The notes beneath the pieces are model-generated. The model saw only the letters and a list, made by a program, of their open reading frames with translations. It was not told the origin of the DNA and ran no database searches. Shown in pieces: positions 10,463 through 19,978 of a DNA stretch of 64,000 nt. How positions within the stretch are numbered: position 1 is the stretch's first letter; each line of letters begins with the position of its first letter. Source of the stretch: an uncultured Actinomycetes bacterium (GTDB taxonomy: Bacteria > SZUA-79 > Acidulodesulfobacterales > Acidulodesulfobacteraceae); the NCBI GenBank assembly GCA_964631685.1, contig CAZVZU010000009.1:24807-88806 (forward strand). The letters are read 5' to 3'. Position numbers and translations under genes: made by a program.

Positions 10463-11530
10463 TCAGGCTAATCCCATGACCTTTAACACGGAACGCTTGT
10501 CACAACTGACAACAAGCGGTTCTTTAGAAACCTTTATCGCATTTCCGGGATCCTTAAGTCCGTGACCCGTCAGCGTCAGGACGCAAACATCACCTTTATT
10601 AAAAAAATCTCTGTTATTTAATTTAATAAGCCCTGCGAGCGTTATAGCAGAAGCCGGTTCACAAAATACACCTTCACTTGAAGCCAACATAGAATAAGCC
10701 TTTAATATCTCTTCGTCACTGACAGCTTCTATTACACCTCCAGAATTGTCTCTCGCGGCGACGGCTTTTTGCCAGCTTGCAGGATTACCTATTCTTATAG
10801 CGGTTGCAACAGTGTGGGGCTCTTTAACTATATGATCTAAAACTATCGGCGCAGCACCCTCTGCCTGAAAACCAAGCATTTTAGGTAGATTGTCTACCTT
10901 CCCCGCTTTAAAATATTCATTATATCCGTTCCAATATGCGGTTATATTTCCGGCATTTCCAACGGGAAGAATATGGTAATCTGGGGCGAAACCAAGCTCA
11001 TCAATAATCTCAAAGCTGGCGGTCTTCTGACCCTCAAGCCTATATGGATTTACTGAATTAACAAGCGTAACATCATATTCGCTTGCAATTTCTCTTGTAA
11101 TAACCAGAGCCTCATCAAAATTACCCTGTATCTGTATAACAATAGAGCCGTGGGCAAGTGCCTGAGAAAGCTTACCAGAAGCAATCTTTCCTTCCGGAAT
11201 CAGGACGAACGACTTTATACCGGCCCTTGCGGCATAAGCAGAGGCGGAAGCGGAAGTGTTTCCCGTAGAAGCGCAAATAACGGCCCTAGAGCCTTCTGAC
11301 ACAGCCTTGGAGACGGCCATAGTCATGCCCCTATCCTTAAACGAACCGGTCGGATTTAATCCCTCATACTTGAAATATATTTTTAAATCAGGATTTATAA
11401 GTTTATAAATGTTTCTTGACTTTATTAAAGGGGTATTGCCTTCCAAAATGGTAATAATATGCTTGTTGTCTATTTCGGGCAAAAACTCCCTATATCTTTT
11501 TATTATCCCATCATAACTCGGCACTATCAA
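10463..11530 (-). CDS. thrC: Threonine synthase
   Basis: EGLNPTGSFKDRG (PLP Lys), ASTGNTS, PVGNAGN, EPASA, TGHGLKDP. Confidence 0.96.
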   Translation of the reverse strand: MIVPSYDGIIKRYREFLPEIDNKHIITILEGNTPLIKSRNIYKLINPDLKIYFKYEGLNPTGSFKDRGMTMAVSKAVSEGSRAVICASTGNTSASASAYAARAGIKSFVLIPEGKIASGKLSQALAHGSIVIQIQGNFDEALVITREIASEYDVTLVNSVNPYRLEGQKTASFEIIDELGFAPDYHILPVGNAGNITAYWNGYNEYFKAGKVDNLPKMLGFQAEGAAPIVLDHIVKEPHTVATAIRIGNPASWQKAVAARDNSGGVIEAVSDEEILKAYSMLASSEGVFCEPASAITLAGLIKLNNRDFFNKGDVCVLTLTGHGLKDPGNAIKVSKEPLVVSCDKRSVLKVMGLA

Positions 11531-11591
11531 GATTCCTCCACTTTTTTACACATCCCTCGTAACTCTTATACCTATGATCAAAAAATAAAAG

Positions 11592-12893
11592 CTAGTTGAC
11601 ACTGTCCTCTATCCTTAAAACAACGGTTTTTGCGGAAACCGCATCAAGTTTATCACACAATCTTACGCTTTCAAACAAGTCTTCTTCATTGGCATCATGA
11701 GTTGTGATAACTATTGGAACAGAGCCTTCCACCTTTCTGCCCTTTTGGATCATAGAACTTATACTGATAGAATTTTCACCCAATATGCCGGATATCTTTG
11801 ATAGAACACCGGGCTTATCCATAGCCGAAAATCTAAGATAGTACCTTGAAATTATCTCATCTTTGCGTCTGACTTTAAGTCTATTAATATTTTCCGGAAC
11901 GACAAAATTAGGATGATTATCCTTGTTAATAATTTTACCGGCTATCTCCATTAAATCCCCCATTACAGCGCTTGCAGTATGATTACCACCTGCGCCATAC
12001 CCTATGAGACTTAAATTACCAGCATATTTTGCGTTTAGGAAGAATGCGTTCAACACGCCGTCAACATTCGCCAATAGGCTTGAAGACGGAATGAGAGTGG
12101 GATGAACCCTTATCTCCACTCTAGAATCCTCATTTTTGATTATGCCGAGAAGTTTTATTGTATAACCAAGCTCTTTAGAAAAGTTAATATCCAAAGGGCT
12201 TATATCTTTTACGCCCTCCATTATAACATCTTTCATGGATAAACTCTTGGAAAAAATAAGCCTGCCTAAAATAACAAGCTTATGAGCACTGTCTACACCG
12301 TTTATATCCAGCAAAGGGTCTGCCTCGGCATACCCTTTTTCTTGTGCTCTTTTTAAAACATCCTCAAATTTTCCTCCGTCTTTTGTCATTTTTGAAAGAA
12401 TAAAATTAGATGTTCCATTAATTATGGAATAAACTGACTTTATATAATCCCCAGAGAGACCGTCTTTTACCGCTCTTAAAATAGGTATTCCGCCCCCGAC
12501 CGCCGCTTCAAATCCCATATGAACATTCTTATCTACACACCGGCTAAATATTTCTTCGCCATGTTCTGCCAAAAGAGCCTTATTTGCTGTAATAATATTT
12601 TTTTTGTTACCTATTGCCCTTATTATGAAATCTTTGGCCGGATTAATGCCGCCCATCAGCTCTATGACGATATCTATGTCCTTATCTTCCAATATCTCGT
12701 CTATATTTTTGACCAATAATCCTTTTATATTCTCGGGAACAGGATGATTGCTTCCCCTTGTAAATATTTTGCTTATATTGACGGGGGCAGAAAAAAGAGA
12801 ATCAATTCTTTTTTTTCGTTCACTAAATATATGATATAAACTTGAAGCAACCGTTCCGAAACCTAAAAGCCCTATGTTAATCCCTTTTTTCAT
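11592..12893 (-). CDS. hom: Homoserine dehydrogenase with C-terminal ACT domain
   Basis: GFGTV, TANKA, FEAAVGGGIP, INGTSNFIL, GYAEADP, DKPGVLSKI. Confidence 0.96.
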   Translation of the reverse strand: MKKGINIGLLGFGTVASSLYHIFSERKKRIDSLFSAPVNISKIFTRGSNHPVPENIKGLLVKNIDEILEDKDIDIVIELMGGINPAKDFIIRAIGNKKNIITANKALLAEHGEEIFSRCVDKNVHMGFEAAVGGGIPILRAVKDGLSGDYIKSVYSIINGTSNFILSKMTKDGGKFEDVLKRAQEKGYAEADPLLDINGVDSAHKLVILGRLIFSKSLSMKDVIMEGVKDISPLDINFSKELGYTIKLLGIIKNEDSRVEIRVHPTLIPSSSLLANVDGVLNAFFLNAKYAGNLSLIGYGAGGNHTASAVMGDLMEIAGKIINKDNHPNFVVPENINRLKVRRKDEIISRYYLRFSAMDKPGVLSKISGILGENSISISSMIQKGRKVEGSVPIVITTHDANEEDLFESVRLCDKLDAVSAKTVVLRIEDSVN

Positions 12894-12899
12894 ATTTAT

Positions 12900-14111
12900 T
12901 TATAACTCCTTATTAAAGTATTCTTCATCATGGATGAAGCGTTTCACTCCCTTAGATGCTTGCTTTATGCGCATTTCATTCTCGACTAACGCAAGACGGA
13001 CATATTCATCGCCATATTCACCAAATCCGATACCCGGAGAAACGGCTACCTTTGCCTTATCTAATAACAATTCAGAAAATTTGAGCGACCTGATTCCAGC
13101 ATTCAAAAACTGTTCCGGTATCTTTCCCCAAACAAACATCGTTGCCTTCGGATGCTCAATGCTCCATCCTGCCTTTTCAAAGCTTTTTATTAAAACATCC
13201 CTTCTTTTTTTATAGTGCAAAACCATTTCGGAAATTGCATCATGCTTCATTTCTTCGTTTAAAGCAATAATGGAAGCTATCTGGATAGGCTGAAACATTC
13301 CATAATCAAGATAGCTCTTAATCCTCGAAAGCGCATTTATTAAAAACTTATTGCCTATGGCATATCCAACCCTAAAACCTGCCATGCTGTAGCTTTTGGA
13401 CATTGAAAAAAACTCCACCCCAACATCTTTGGCACCTTTAGCCTGCAAAAAACTTGGGGACTTATAACCGTCAAATGTTAGATCGGCGTATGCATTATCA
13501 TGGATTATATATATACCATTATCCTTTGCAAAATCAACTAATTTTTCAAAAAAATCTAATTCCACAGTTATGGTTGTCGGATTGTGTGGAAAATTCAGTA
13601 TTATAACCTTAGGCTTGGTGCGCGTCTGTTTTAGCGCCGTCATAAGATTTTCAAAAAAATCCTCTCCCTGAACAAGCGGCACACTTTTTACCTCTCCACC
13701 TGCAATAACAACACTGTAAGCATGAATAGGATAAGTCGGACTCGGTACAAGAGCGATATCCCCCTTGTCTATAATTGCAAGCATTAAATGGCTTAATCCC
13801 TCTTTTATACCCATAGTAACTATAGCTTCACTGTCAGGATCAATATCCACATTATAATTTCTTTTATACATACTGGCTATGGCAAGCCTAAGCTTATAAA
13901 TCCCGCGAGATACAGAGTATCTGTGATTCTTAGGATTTTTAGACGCCTCCACCAATTTTTTTATTATGTAATTAGGAGTGGGTGAATCTGGATTACCCAT
14001 TCCTAAATCTATGATATCGTCTCCACGTTTTCTAGCCTCCATTTTCAGCTTGTTAACTTCCGCAAAAACATAAGGAGGAAGCCTTTTAATGGTTTCGAAA
14101 TCTTCTATCAT
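12900..14111 (-). CDS. alaC: Class I/II PLP aminotransferase, AlaC/LL-DAP-like
   Basis: [41 protein letters not shown]. Confidence 0.8.
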   Translation of the reverse strand: MIEDFETIKRLPPYVFAEVNKLKMEARKRGDDIIDLGMGNPDSPTPNYIIKKLVEASKNPKNHRYSVSRGIYKLRLAIASMYKRNYNVDIDPDSEAIVTMGIKEGLSHLMLAIIDKGDIALVPSPTYPIHAYSVVIAGGEVKSVPLVQGEDFFENLMTALKQTRTKPKVIILNFPHNPTTITVELDFFEKLVDFAKDNGIYIIHDNAYADLTFDGYKSPSFLQAKGAKDVGVEFFSMSKSYSMAGFRVGYAIGNKFLINALSRIKSYLDYGMFQPIQIASIIALNEEMKHDAISEMVLHYKKRRDVLIKSFEKAGWSIEHPKATMFVWGKIPEQFLNAGIRSLKFSELLLDKAKVAVSPGIGFGEYGDEYVRLALVENEMRIKQASKGVKRFIHDEEYFNKEL

Positions 14112-14261
14112 TACAATACTCCTCTATTTGTAGATCCCCATCACCCCTGCCTGCGCCGGAAACATGCTTTGATAAACATATACGCAACCATAGGCAGAAA
14201 CAATATATTAATTTTTGAAACATCTTAACAGTTCTTGCCGGCAACCTTGGATCTAACCCGT

Positions 14262-15137
14262 TTAACCCACCGAAGCATGCTTGAATAATTTCTCAGCACC
14301 AAAAGAACTTCTAACGAGCGGGGCAGAAAAGACATTTTCAATCCCTGCTTGTTTTGCATAATTTTTATATTCAATAAATTTCTTTAAAGGAACGAACCTT
14401 TGAACAGGTATGTTTTGAAGAGACGGTCTTAAATACTGCCCAATGGTGAGAAAATCAACTCCGCTTACCGCAAGGTCATTTATTGTCTTAAGGACCTCAT
14501 CGTCGCTTTCGCCAAGACCAACCATAATTCCGGATTTTGTAATGATGTCCGGTCGTTTTTTCTTTATGTTTTTTAATATATCCAGAGACCGTCCATAAGA
14601 ACTTGATGGCCTAATCTTCCCATACAATCTGCGGACTGTTTCTATGTTGTGGCCAAAAATACTTATCCCGCTGTCCGCAACATCCATAATCGCTCTCTCA
14701 TTGCCGTTAAAATCGGATGTCAAAACCTCAACGGTTGAACAATTGCAGTCTTTCTTGATCGCATTAACCGTTTTAACGATTATATCTGCCCCGCCGTCGT
14801 CTAAATCATCTCTTGTAACCATTGTAATTACAGCATGTCTTAGTCCAAACGATTTTACTGCATAGGCTATTCTCTGCGGTTCCGAGAGATCTAAGGAAGA
14901 ATACCCTTCAATATGGCCTATATTACAAAAGGGACACTTTCTCGTGCATTTATCCCCAAGCAATAAAAAAGTAGCTGTTTTATTTGAAAAACAAAGGCTA
15001 AGGTTGGGACATCTCGAAGAAGAACAAACGGTATTAAGATTCTTTTCCTTAATTATTCTAGATATCTTCGAAATATCTTTTTTGGTCTTTATTCTTAGAA
15101 TCTCATTTCTTAAATAGTCAGGAAGCCTATTATCCAC
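14262..15137 (-). CDS. lipA: Lipoyl synthase
   Basis: CX4CX5C (CSSSRCPNLSLC), CX3CX2C (CTRKCPFC), HNIETV, GQYLRPS, VRSS. Confidence 0.95.
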   Translation of the reverse strand: MDNRLPDYLRNEILRIKTKKDISKISRIIKEKNLNTVCSSSRCPNLSLCFSNKTATFLLLGDKCTRKCPFCNIGHIEGYSSLDLSEPQRIAYAVKSFGLRHAVITMVTRDDLDDGGADIIVKTVNAIKKDCNCSTVEVLTSDFNGNERAIMDVADSGISIFGHNIETVRRLYGKIRPSSSYGRSLDILKNIKKKRPDIITKSGIMVGLGESDDEVLKTINDLAVSGVDFLTIGQYLRPSLQNIPVQRFVPLKKFIEYKNYAKQAGIENVFSAPLVRSSFGAEKLFKHASVG

Positions 15138-15245
15138 TTTATAAAAAAAAATAAATAAATTTGTTAAACTAGAATTATAATATATGTGTAGGGTAAATGT
15201 CTAATTGTTTATATCATAATATCCAAATAAATTTCAATTATTATT

Positions 15246-15713
15246 TTGTTTATGGAAAATTATAAAGACTTTCAATACATGAAATTAGCATTAAAGGAAG
15301 CTACTAATGCTTATGATTGCAATGAAGTACCGGTTGGCGCCATTATTGTTAAGGACGATAGAATAATTGCATCATCTTTTAATTCTATGGAAAAGGGTAA
15401 GTCATGTATCATGCATGCAGAAATAAGGGTAATCTTAGAAGCACAAAAAAAACTTGATAATTGGAGACTTACCGATTGTTCTCTGTATGTAACCCTTGAG
15501 CCCTGTCTTATGTGTTGCGGCGCTATGATTTTGTCAAGAATAAAAAGATTAATCTATGGCGCAAAAGATCCCAAGACGGGAGCAGTAAATTCGCTTTACA
15601 GCACCCTTAACGACAAAAGGCTTAACCATAATGTCGATGTATTATCAGGCATAATGGAATTAGAATCGTCTCGCCTATTGAAAGGCTTTTTTAAGGGCAA
15701 GAGATGTAACTAG
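15246..15713 (+). CDS. tadA: tRNA adenosine(34) deaminase
   Basis: EVPVGA, HAE, LYVTLEPCLMC, DPKTGA, LNH; the real start may be ATG 15252. Confidence 0.93.
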   Translation: MFMENYKDFQYMKLALKEATNAYDCNEVPVGAIIVKDDRIIASSFNSMEKGKSCIMHAEIRVILEAQKKLDNWRLTDCSLYVTLEPCLMCCGAMILSRIKRLIYGAKDPKTGAVNSLYSTLNDKRLNHNVDVLSGIMELESSRLLKGFFKGKRCN

Positions 15714-15916
15714 TGAACTCTGGAAAAACCTATGATCACCATGATAATCATTATAAGTATATATACCCTTAAAAGCCAAAATGTAATTTTTAACCAACCA
15801 CTCAACTCTGCCCTTTTAAGTGGAATTTTATTGTAATCTACAAGCCCTTCATTCTTGACAAACTCATCCCAGTCTTCATCTAGATTAACTTTTTTTGTAA
15901 TCTTACTTGTGTTCAT
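15710..15916 (-). CDS. Small single-TM membrane protein immediately downstream of the transporter
   Basis: GGAGG RBS precedes ATG 15916; C-terminal hydrophobic helix FWLLRVYILIMIIMVIIGF. Confidence 0.65.
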   Translation of the reverse strand: MNTSKITKKVNLDEDWDEFVKNEGLVDYNKIPLKRAELSGWLKITFWLLRVYILIMIIMVIIGFSRVH

Positions 15917-15948
15917 ATTGCCTCCGTTCATTAAAGCTTACAATAAAA

Positions 15949-17295
15949 TTAACCAAAAATGTGCGGAAAAATAACCGTTAATCCGTACAATCCATTCATT
16001 ACTATAAGAAACCCGACTATAACAAAAGCAGATATATTTTGCCATGGTCTGTTAGTGTATTTACCCATTATCTCTTTATCATTCAGTAATAATAATAAAA
16101 ACATCATAGCCGCGGGCATAAAAATTGAGGCTATCACCTGAACGGTTAAATTTAAAAACCCCAGTGGGACATTTGGTATAAGAACTATGCCTCCTGCAAA
16201 TATGATACTTATAAGCCCCGGAAGATAAAAATACCAGCCTTTATGTGGCGGAAGATTTATGCTTTTAGGCCATCCGAAGGCCTCGCCCATAGCCCATGAA
16301 GTACTTGCAGAAATTGCTATTGCGGCTATAAGACCAGCCTCTACAAGCCCTAATGCAAATAATTTCATAATGAGAGGACCCATTTTTAATGAAATAACGG
16401 AAAGAATACTCTGAATATCTAAATTAATAGTATTATTTGTTCCATAAACTATTGAGCCAGTTATTATAATTATTGCGATAGCGACTATTACCATGATAAA
16501 AGAACCTATAAATGTGTCTATCTGGCCGTCTCTAATATCTTTAACGGTCAACCCTTTATCGACAACAGAAGATTGCTGAAAGAATAGCATCCACGGGGCT
16601 ATAGTCGTTCCCAGATTTGCCAGAACCACGTATATAAAGAGTGATGTTATCCCGCCGGGTATGTGCCATGCGGTAAAACTTTTTCCTATGATTTCCCAGT
16701 GAAGATGCGGAACAAAAAAGACTATCGGAATAAAAATCAAATTAAATGCTGCGATGCTAAGACTAATCCACTCCCACGTAAAATAGCGTAAAAAAAGCTG
16801 AATTGAAGCGATAACTATGATTGCAGTGATTGACGAGATTACAGGCGACACACCAAAAACACCCATGCCTAGCGTGATACCGATAAACTCTGTTATTAAT
16901 GTTAATATGTTTGCTACAACAAGGTCAATGATACTAAATAATCCCCAAAATTTTCCATACCTCTTCCATATCATTTCGGCGTGGCCTCTATGTGTCACGG
17001 CGCCTAATCTCACAGTCATTTCCTGAACAATGTAGGCAACTGGAAGCATTAAAATCATAAATGGAATAAAAAAGCCTATTCCAAATAGAGAGCCGGTTTG
17101 CGCGTATGTTATAACCCCACCCGCATCGTTGTCGGCAATCATAACTAAAATTCCGGGACCTATTAACGCAAGTAACAGGCAAAGCCTAGAAAAGTAGCCA
17201 TATTTTTCTCTCATAAGCTGAACCTTAAGACGTTCAACCGCTCTCAGCTTTATGTCAATGGGGAGCTCATCAAGCTTCTTTTTGTAACGCTTCAA
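15949..17295 (-). CDS. NRAMP-related Mg2+ transporter (NRMT/NrmT, SLC11 family)
   Basis: TM1 motif DNDAGG instead of DPGN and TM6 GTTIAPWM instead of A.IMPH, the pattern of the Mg2+-transporting clade; TTG start 5 nt after GGAGGT. Confidence 0.8.
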   Translation of the reverse strand: MKRYKKKLDELPIDIKLRAVERLKVQLMREKYGYFSRLCLLLALIGPGILVMIADNDAGGVITYAQTGSLFGIGFFIPFMILMLPVAYIVQEMTVRLGAVTHRGHAEMIWKRYGKFWGLFSIIDLVVANILTLITEFIGITLGMGVFGVSPVISSITAIIVIASIQLFLRYFTWEWISLSIAAFNLIFIPIVFFVPHLHWEIIGKSFTAWHIPGGITSLFIYVVLANLGTTIAPWMLFFQQSSVVDKGLTVKDIRDGQIDTFIGSFIMVIVAIAIIIITGSIVYGTNNTINLDIQSILSVISLKMGPLIMKLFALGLVEAGLIAAIAISASTSWAMGEAFGWPKSINLPPHKGWYFYLPGLISIIFAGGIVLIPNVPLGFLNLTVQVIASIFMPAAMMFLLLLLNDKEIMGKYTNRPWQNISAFVIVGFLIVMNGLYGLTVIFPHIFG

Positions 17296-17300
17296 TTTTC

Positions 17301-17583
17301 ACCTCCGTATTCTAAAAACTACCTTAATAACTCAAGGATATCGTTATATTACATAAACTCGCACTTCATTAGTAATTTTTTAGGAGAAAAAGGATTAAAA
17401 GAAACAATACTGCGTGGATTTTATGGACTTTTATCTCTTAATATTTTTTCTCTCTTTATTGATAATTTTAGCACCCATATGAAAATGAAAGAGAGAAATA
17501 TTAAAAGACAATGCAAGGCATAGCCGGTATGAGATATATATCTTTAATATTTCAATTCTTTAAACAATGTGCTAAAATTATCA
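17301..17583 (-). promoter_or_regulatory. Putative structured 5' leader with mutually exclusive helices
   Basis: Inverted repeats 17569-17583/17460-17474 (15/15), 17543-17553/17495-17505 (11/11), 17488-17504/17438-17457 (17 bp with 3-nt bulge), 17438-17452/17384-17398 (13/15). Confidence 0.6.
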
Positions 17584-17650
17584 TTCTTTTTTTTAAGCAA
17601 TCACCATGATCGCCCACATTACAGCTACTACTGTCAGGTTCACTTCGCAT
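17552..17650 (-). CDS. Putative 32-aa leader peptide MRSEPDSSSCNVGDHGDCLKKRMIILAHCLKN
   Basis: Hand-translated; GGAG RBS 6 nt upstream of ATG; lies between the promoter and the transporter and overlaps the helix arms. Confidence 0.5.
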   Translation of the reverse strand: MRSEPDSSSCNVGDHGDCLKKRMIILAHCLKN

Positions 17651-17709
17651 AAATAACTCCAAACTAATATTTTATTTATTTGTTCAATATGAATAACAAA
17701 CGATTTTAG

Positions 17710-17737
17710 ATTATGCTATTTGCTACATCCATGTCAA
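17710..17737 (-). promoter_or_regulatory. Putative sigma70 promoter of the transporter leader
   Basis: TTGACA-16 nt-CATAAT on the minus strand. Confidence 0.5.
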
Positions 17738-17799
17738 GCCCAAAATCGCAGATAAAAAACATCAACCCATTTTATACGGACGGTTGACACTTTACATTT

Positions 17800-17829
17800 A
17801 AGGGACGGGCTCAAATCTGCCCGTCCCTT
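17800..17829. terminator. GC-rich stem-loop after hppA; probable end of the sat-apr-qmo-hppA transcript
   Basis: AAGGGACGGGC-8 nt loop-GCCCGTCCCTT, 11-bp perfect stem; the U-tract is weak on the minus strand. Confidence 0.65.
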
Positions 17830-17857
17830 TTAATATTTATATCTACTATAATCTATA

Positions 17858-19933
17858 TTAATGCCATAAAAGCAACACTAACGGAACTATCAAAATAGTG
17901 AAAATATTTACTACCTTTATCATCGGATTAATAGCAGGTCCCGCTGTATCCTTGTACGGATCGCCTACCGTATCACCAGTCACGGCAGCCTTATGAGCTT
18001 CACTGCCCTTTCCGCCGTACAAACCCTTTTCTATGAGTTTTTTTGCATTATCCCATGCTGCTCCGCCACTTGTCATTGAGATAGCGACAAAAAGTCCCGA
18101 TATAATGGTCCCTAATAAGATCCCACCAAGAACCTGGGGCCCAAGTGTTAAACCAAATATTATAGGACCTGCAATTGGAATAAATGCCGGTAAAATCATC
18201 TCTCTAAGCGATGATTTGGTAACTATATCCACACACTTACCATATTCCGGTTTAGTCTTACCTTCCATAATGCCTGGTATTTCTTTAAATTGCCTTCTAA
18301 CTTCATTAACAATATCCCCTGCCGCTTTTCCAACAGCTTTCATTGCAAGAGATGCAAAGAGGTATGGGAACAGCGCTCCGAAGAATAGTCCGATTAAAAC
18401 CCCGGGCTGCGAAATGGAAAATGAAACATGCTTGCCACCTTGTTCGATCAACTGCGCAAATTCTCCGAATAACACGATCGCCGCAAGTGCTGCAGAACCA
18501 ATCGCATATCCTTTTGTTACAGCCTTTGTAGTATTTCCTACTGCGTCGAGTGCGTCGGTAGTATCCCTAACTTCTTCAGAGAGTCCGCTCATCTCTGCAA
18601 TACCACCGGCGTTATCGGTGATAGGACCAAACGAATCAATTGCTATAATCATCCCAGCCATTGAGAGCATACTGGACACGGCAATAGCAATACCGTAAAA
18701 ACCTGCAAGTTTATAAGAAATAAGAATACTAAATGCAATTACTATAGCGGGCAGTGCCGTTGCCATTTGACCAACTGCCAACCCCGCTATAATATTCGTT
18801 CCATGCCCCGTGGTAGATGCTTTCGCAATCGTTTTGACGGGAGAAAAGTTTGTCGATGTAAAATAATCAGTAATAACTATTATCAACCCTGTTAAAACAA
18901 GACCTACCATAGCTGAATAGAAATAGTTTATAGGTGCATATGTTCCAACACCTTGCATAAAACTCATCGTAAAGAAATAATAAATTATGGCCGAAAGTAC
19001 ACCCGTAACAATTATGCCCTTGTATAAGCCCTGCATAATTTTCTCTTTGGTTGGTGCGCTCACGAAAAAAACTCCGATTATTGAAGAAAACACTGCAATG
19101 CCTCCAAGAATCAACGGATAAAGAACTGCCTTCATCCACTCATTGTCGCCCTTACCGTGAAAAAGAGAAAATGCTATGAGCATAGACGCTATAATGGTAA
19201 CAGCAAACGTTTCAAACACATCCGCCGCCATTCCGGCACAATCACCTACATTATCACCCACTTGGTCTGCTATAACAGCAGGATTCCGCGGATCATCTTC
19301 TGGTATGCCCGCCTCAACCTTACCTACTAGATCTGCTCCAACATCCGCCGCTTTAGTATAAATACCGCCGCCCAGTCTCGCAAAGACACTTATAAGACTA
19401 CACCCAAAGGCATATCCTATTAATGAATTCATAACACCGTCGATACCCGCTACTGCATAAGCTACCATCGAAAACAGTGATATTCCTAAAACCCCAAGAC
19501 CCAATACCATAAGTCCTGTAACCGAGCCTCCTTTAAAGGCAAACTGTAATGCCGGTTTGATGCCCTTTTGGGCTATAGCTGCCGTCCTTACATTTGCGCG
19601 TACCGCATTAAACATCCCCAAATAACCCGCTAGGGCTGACAGGATAGCGCCAAGCAAAAAACCCGATGCTGTTAAAATTCCAAATTGCGGTACCCAGATT
19701 CCTCCTATGAGTATCAATACAAAAATGATTATTCCGACGATAGCAACAGTTTTATACTGTCTGTTAAGAAAGGCAGTAGCGCCTTCCTGGATTGCTCTCG
19801 CAATCTGTTTCATCTTTTCGGAACCCTCATCATGCTTTAGCGCCCATACAGTAATAGTTATGCTGTATATAACCGCCACTATACCGGCAATGATCCCGAA
19901 AATCATAGTGCCGTAAAAGACATTCATAATCAA
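17858..19933 (-). CDS. hppA: Membrane-bound H+-translocating pyrophosphatase, K+-independent type
   Basis: [45 protein letters not shown] (Lys marks the K+-independent type), [13 protein letters not shown]. Confidence 0.95.
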   Translation of the reverse strand: MIMNVFYGTMIFGIIAGIVAVIYSITITVWALKHDEGSEKMKQIARAIQEGATAFLNRQYKTVAIVGIIIFVLILIGGIWVPQFGILTASGFLLGAILSALAGYLGMFNAVRANVRTAAIAQKGIKPALQFAFKGGSVTGLMVLGLGVLGISLFSMVAYAVAGIDGVMNSLIGYAFGCSLISVFARLGGGIYTKAADVGADLVGKVEAGIPEDDPRNPAVIADQVGDNVGDCAGMAADVFETFAVTIIASMLIAFSLFHGKGDNEWMKAVLYPLILGGIAVFSSIIGVFFVSAPTKEKIMQGLYKGIIVTGVLSAIIYYFFTMSFMQGVGTYAPINYFYSAMVGLVLTGLIIVITDYFTSTNFSPVKTIAKASTTGHGTNIIAGLAVGQMATALPAIVIAFSILISYKLAGFYGIAIAVSSMLSMAGMIIAIDSFGPITDNAGGIAEMSGLSEEVRDTTDALDAVGNTTKAVTKGYAIGSAALAAIVLFGEFAQLIEQGGKHVSFSISQPGVLIGLFFGALFPYLFASLAMKAVGKAAGDIVNEVRRQFKEIPGIMEGKTKPEYGKCVDIVTKSSLREMILPAFIPIAGPIIFGLTLGPQVLGGILLGTIISGLFVAISMTSGGAAWDNAKKLIEKGLYGGKGSEAHKAAVTGDTVGDPYKDTAGPAINPMIKVVNIFTILIVPLVLLLWH

Positions 19934-19978
19934 CCCCCTAGTTAAAATTTAATGAGTTTAAAATTAAGCAACTGTTCG

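Noticed and set aside
15949..17295. Mn2+ transporter MntH
   Set aside because: Lacks DPGN and the TM6 Met-Pro-His motif; has DAGG and TTIAPW of the Mg2+ clade
18033..18698. 221-aa plus-strand ORF, and the many similar antisense ORFs (e.g. 3494-3961, 48377-48889, 57902-58459)
   Set aside because: They lie antisense to well-supported genes and have no motifs; shadow ORFs
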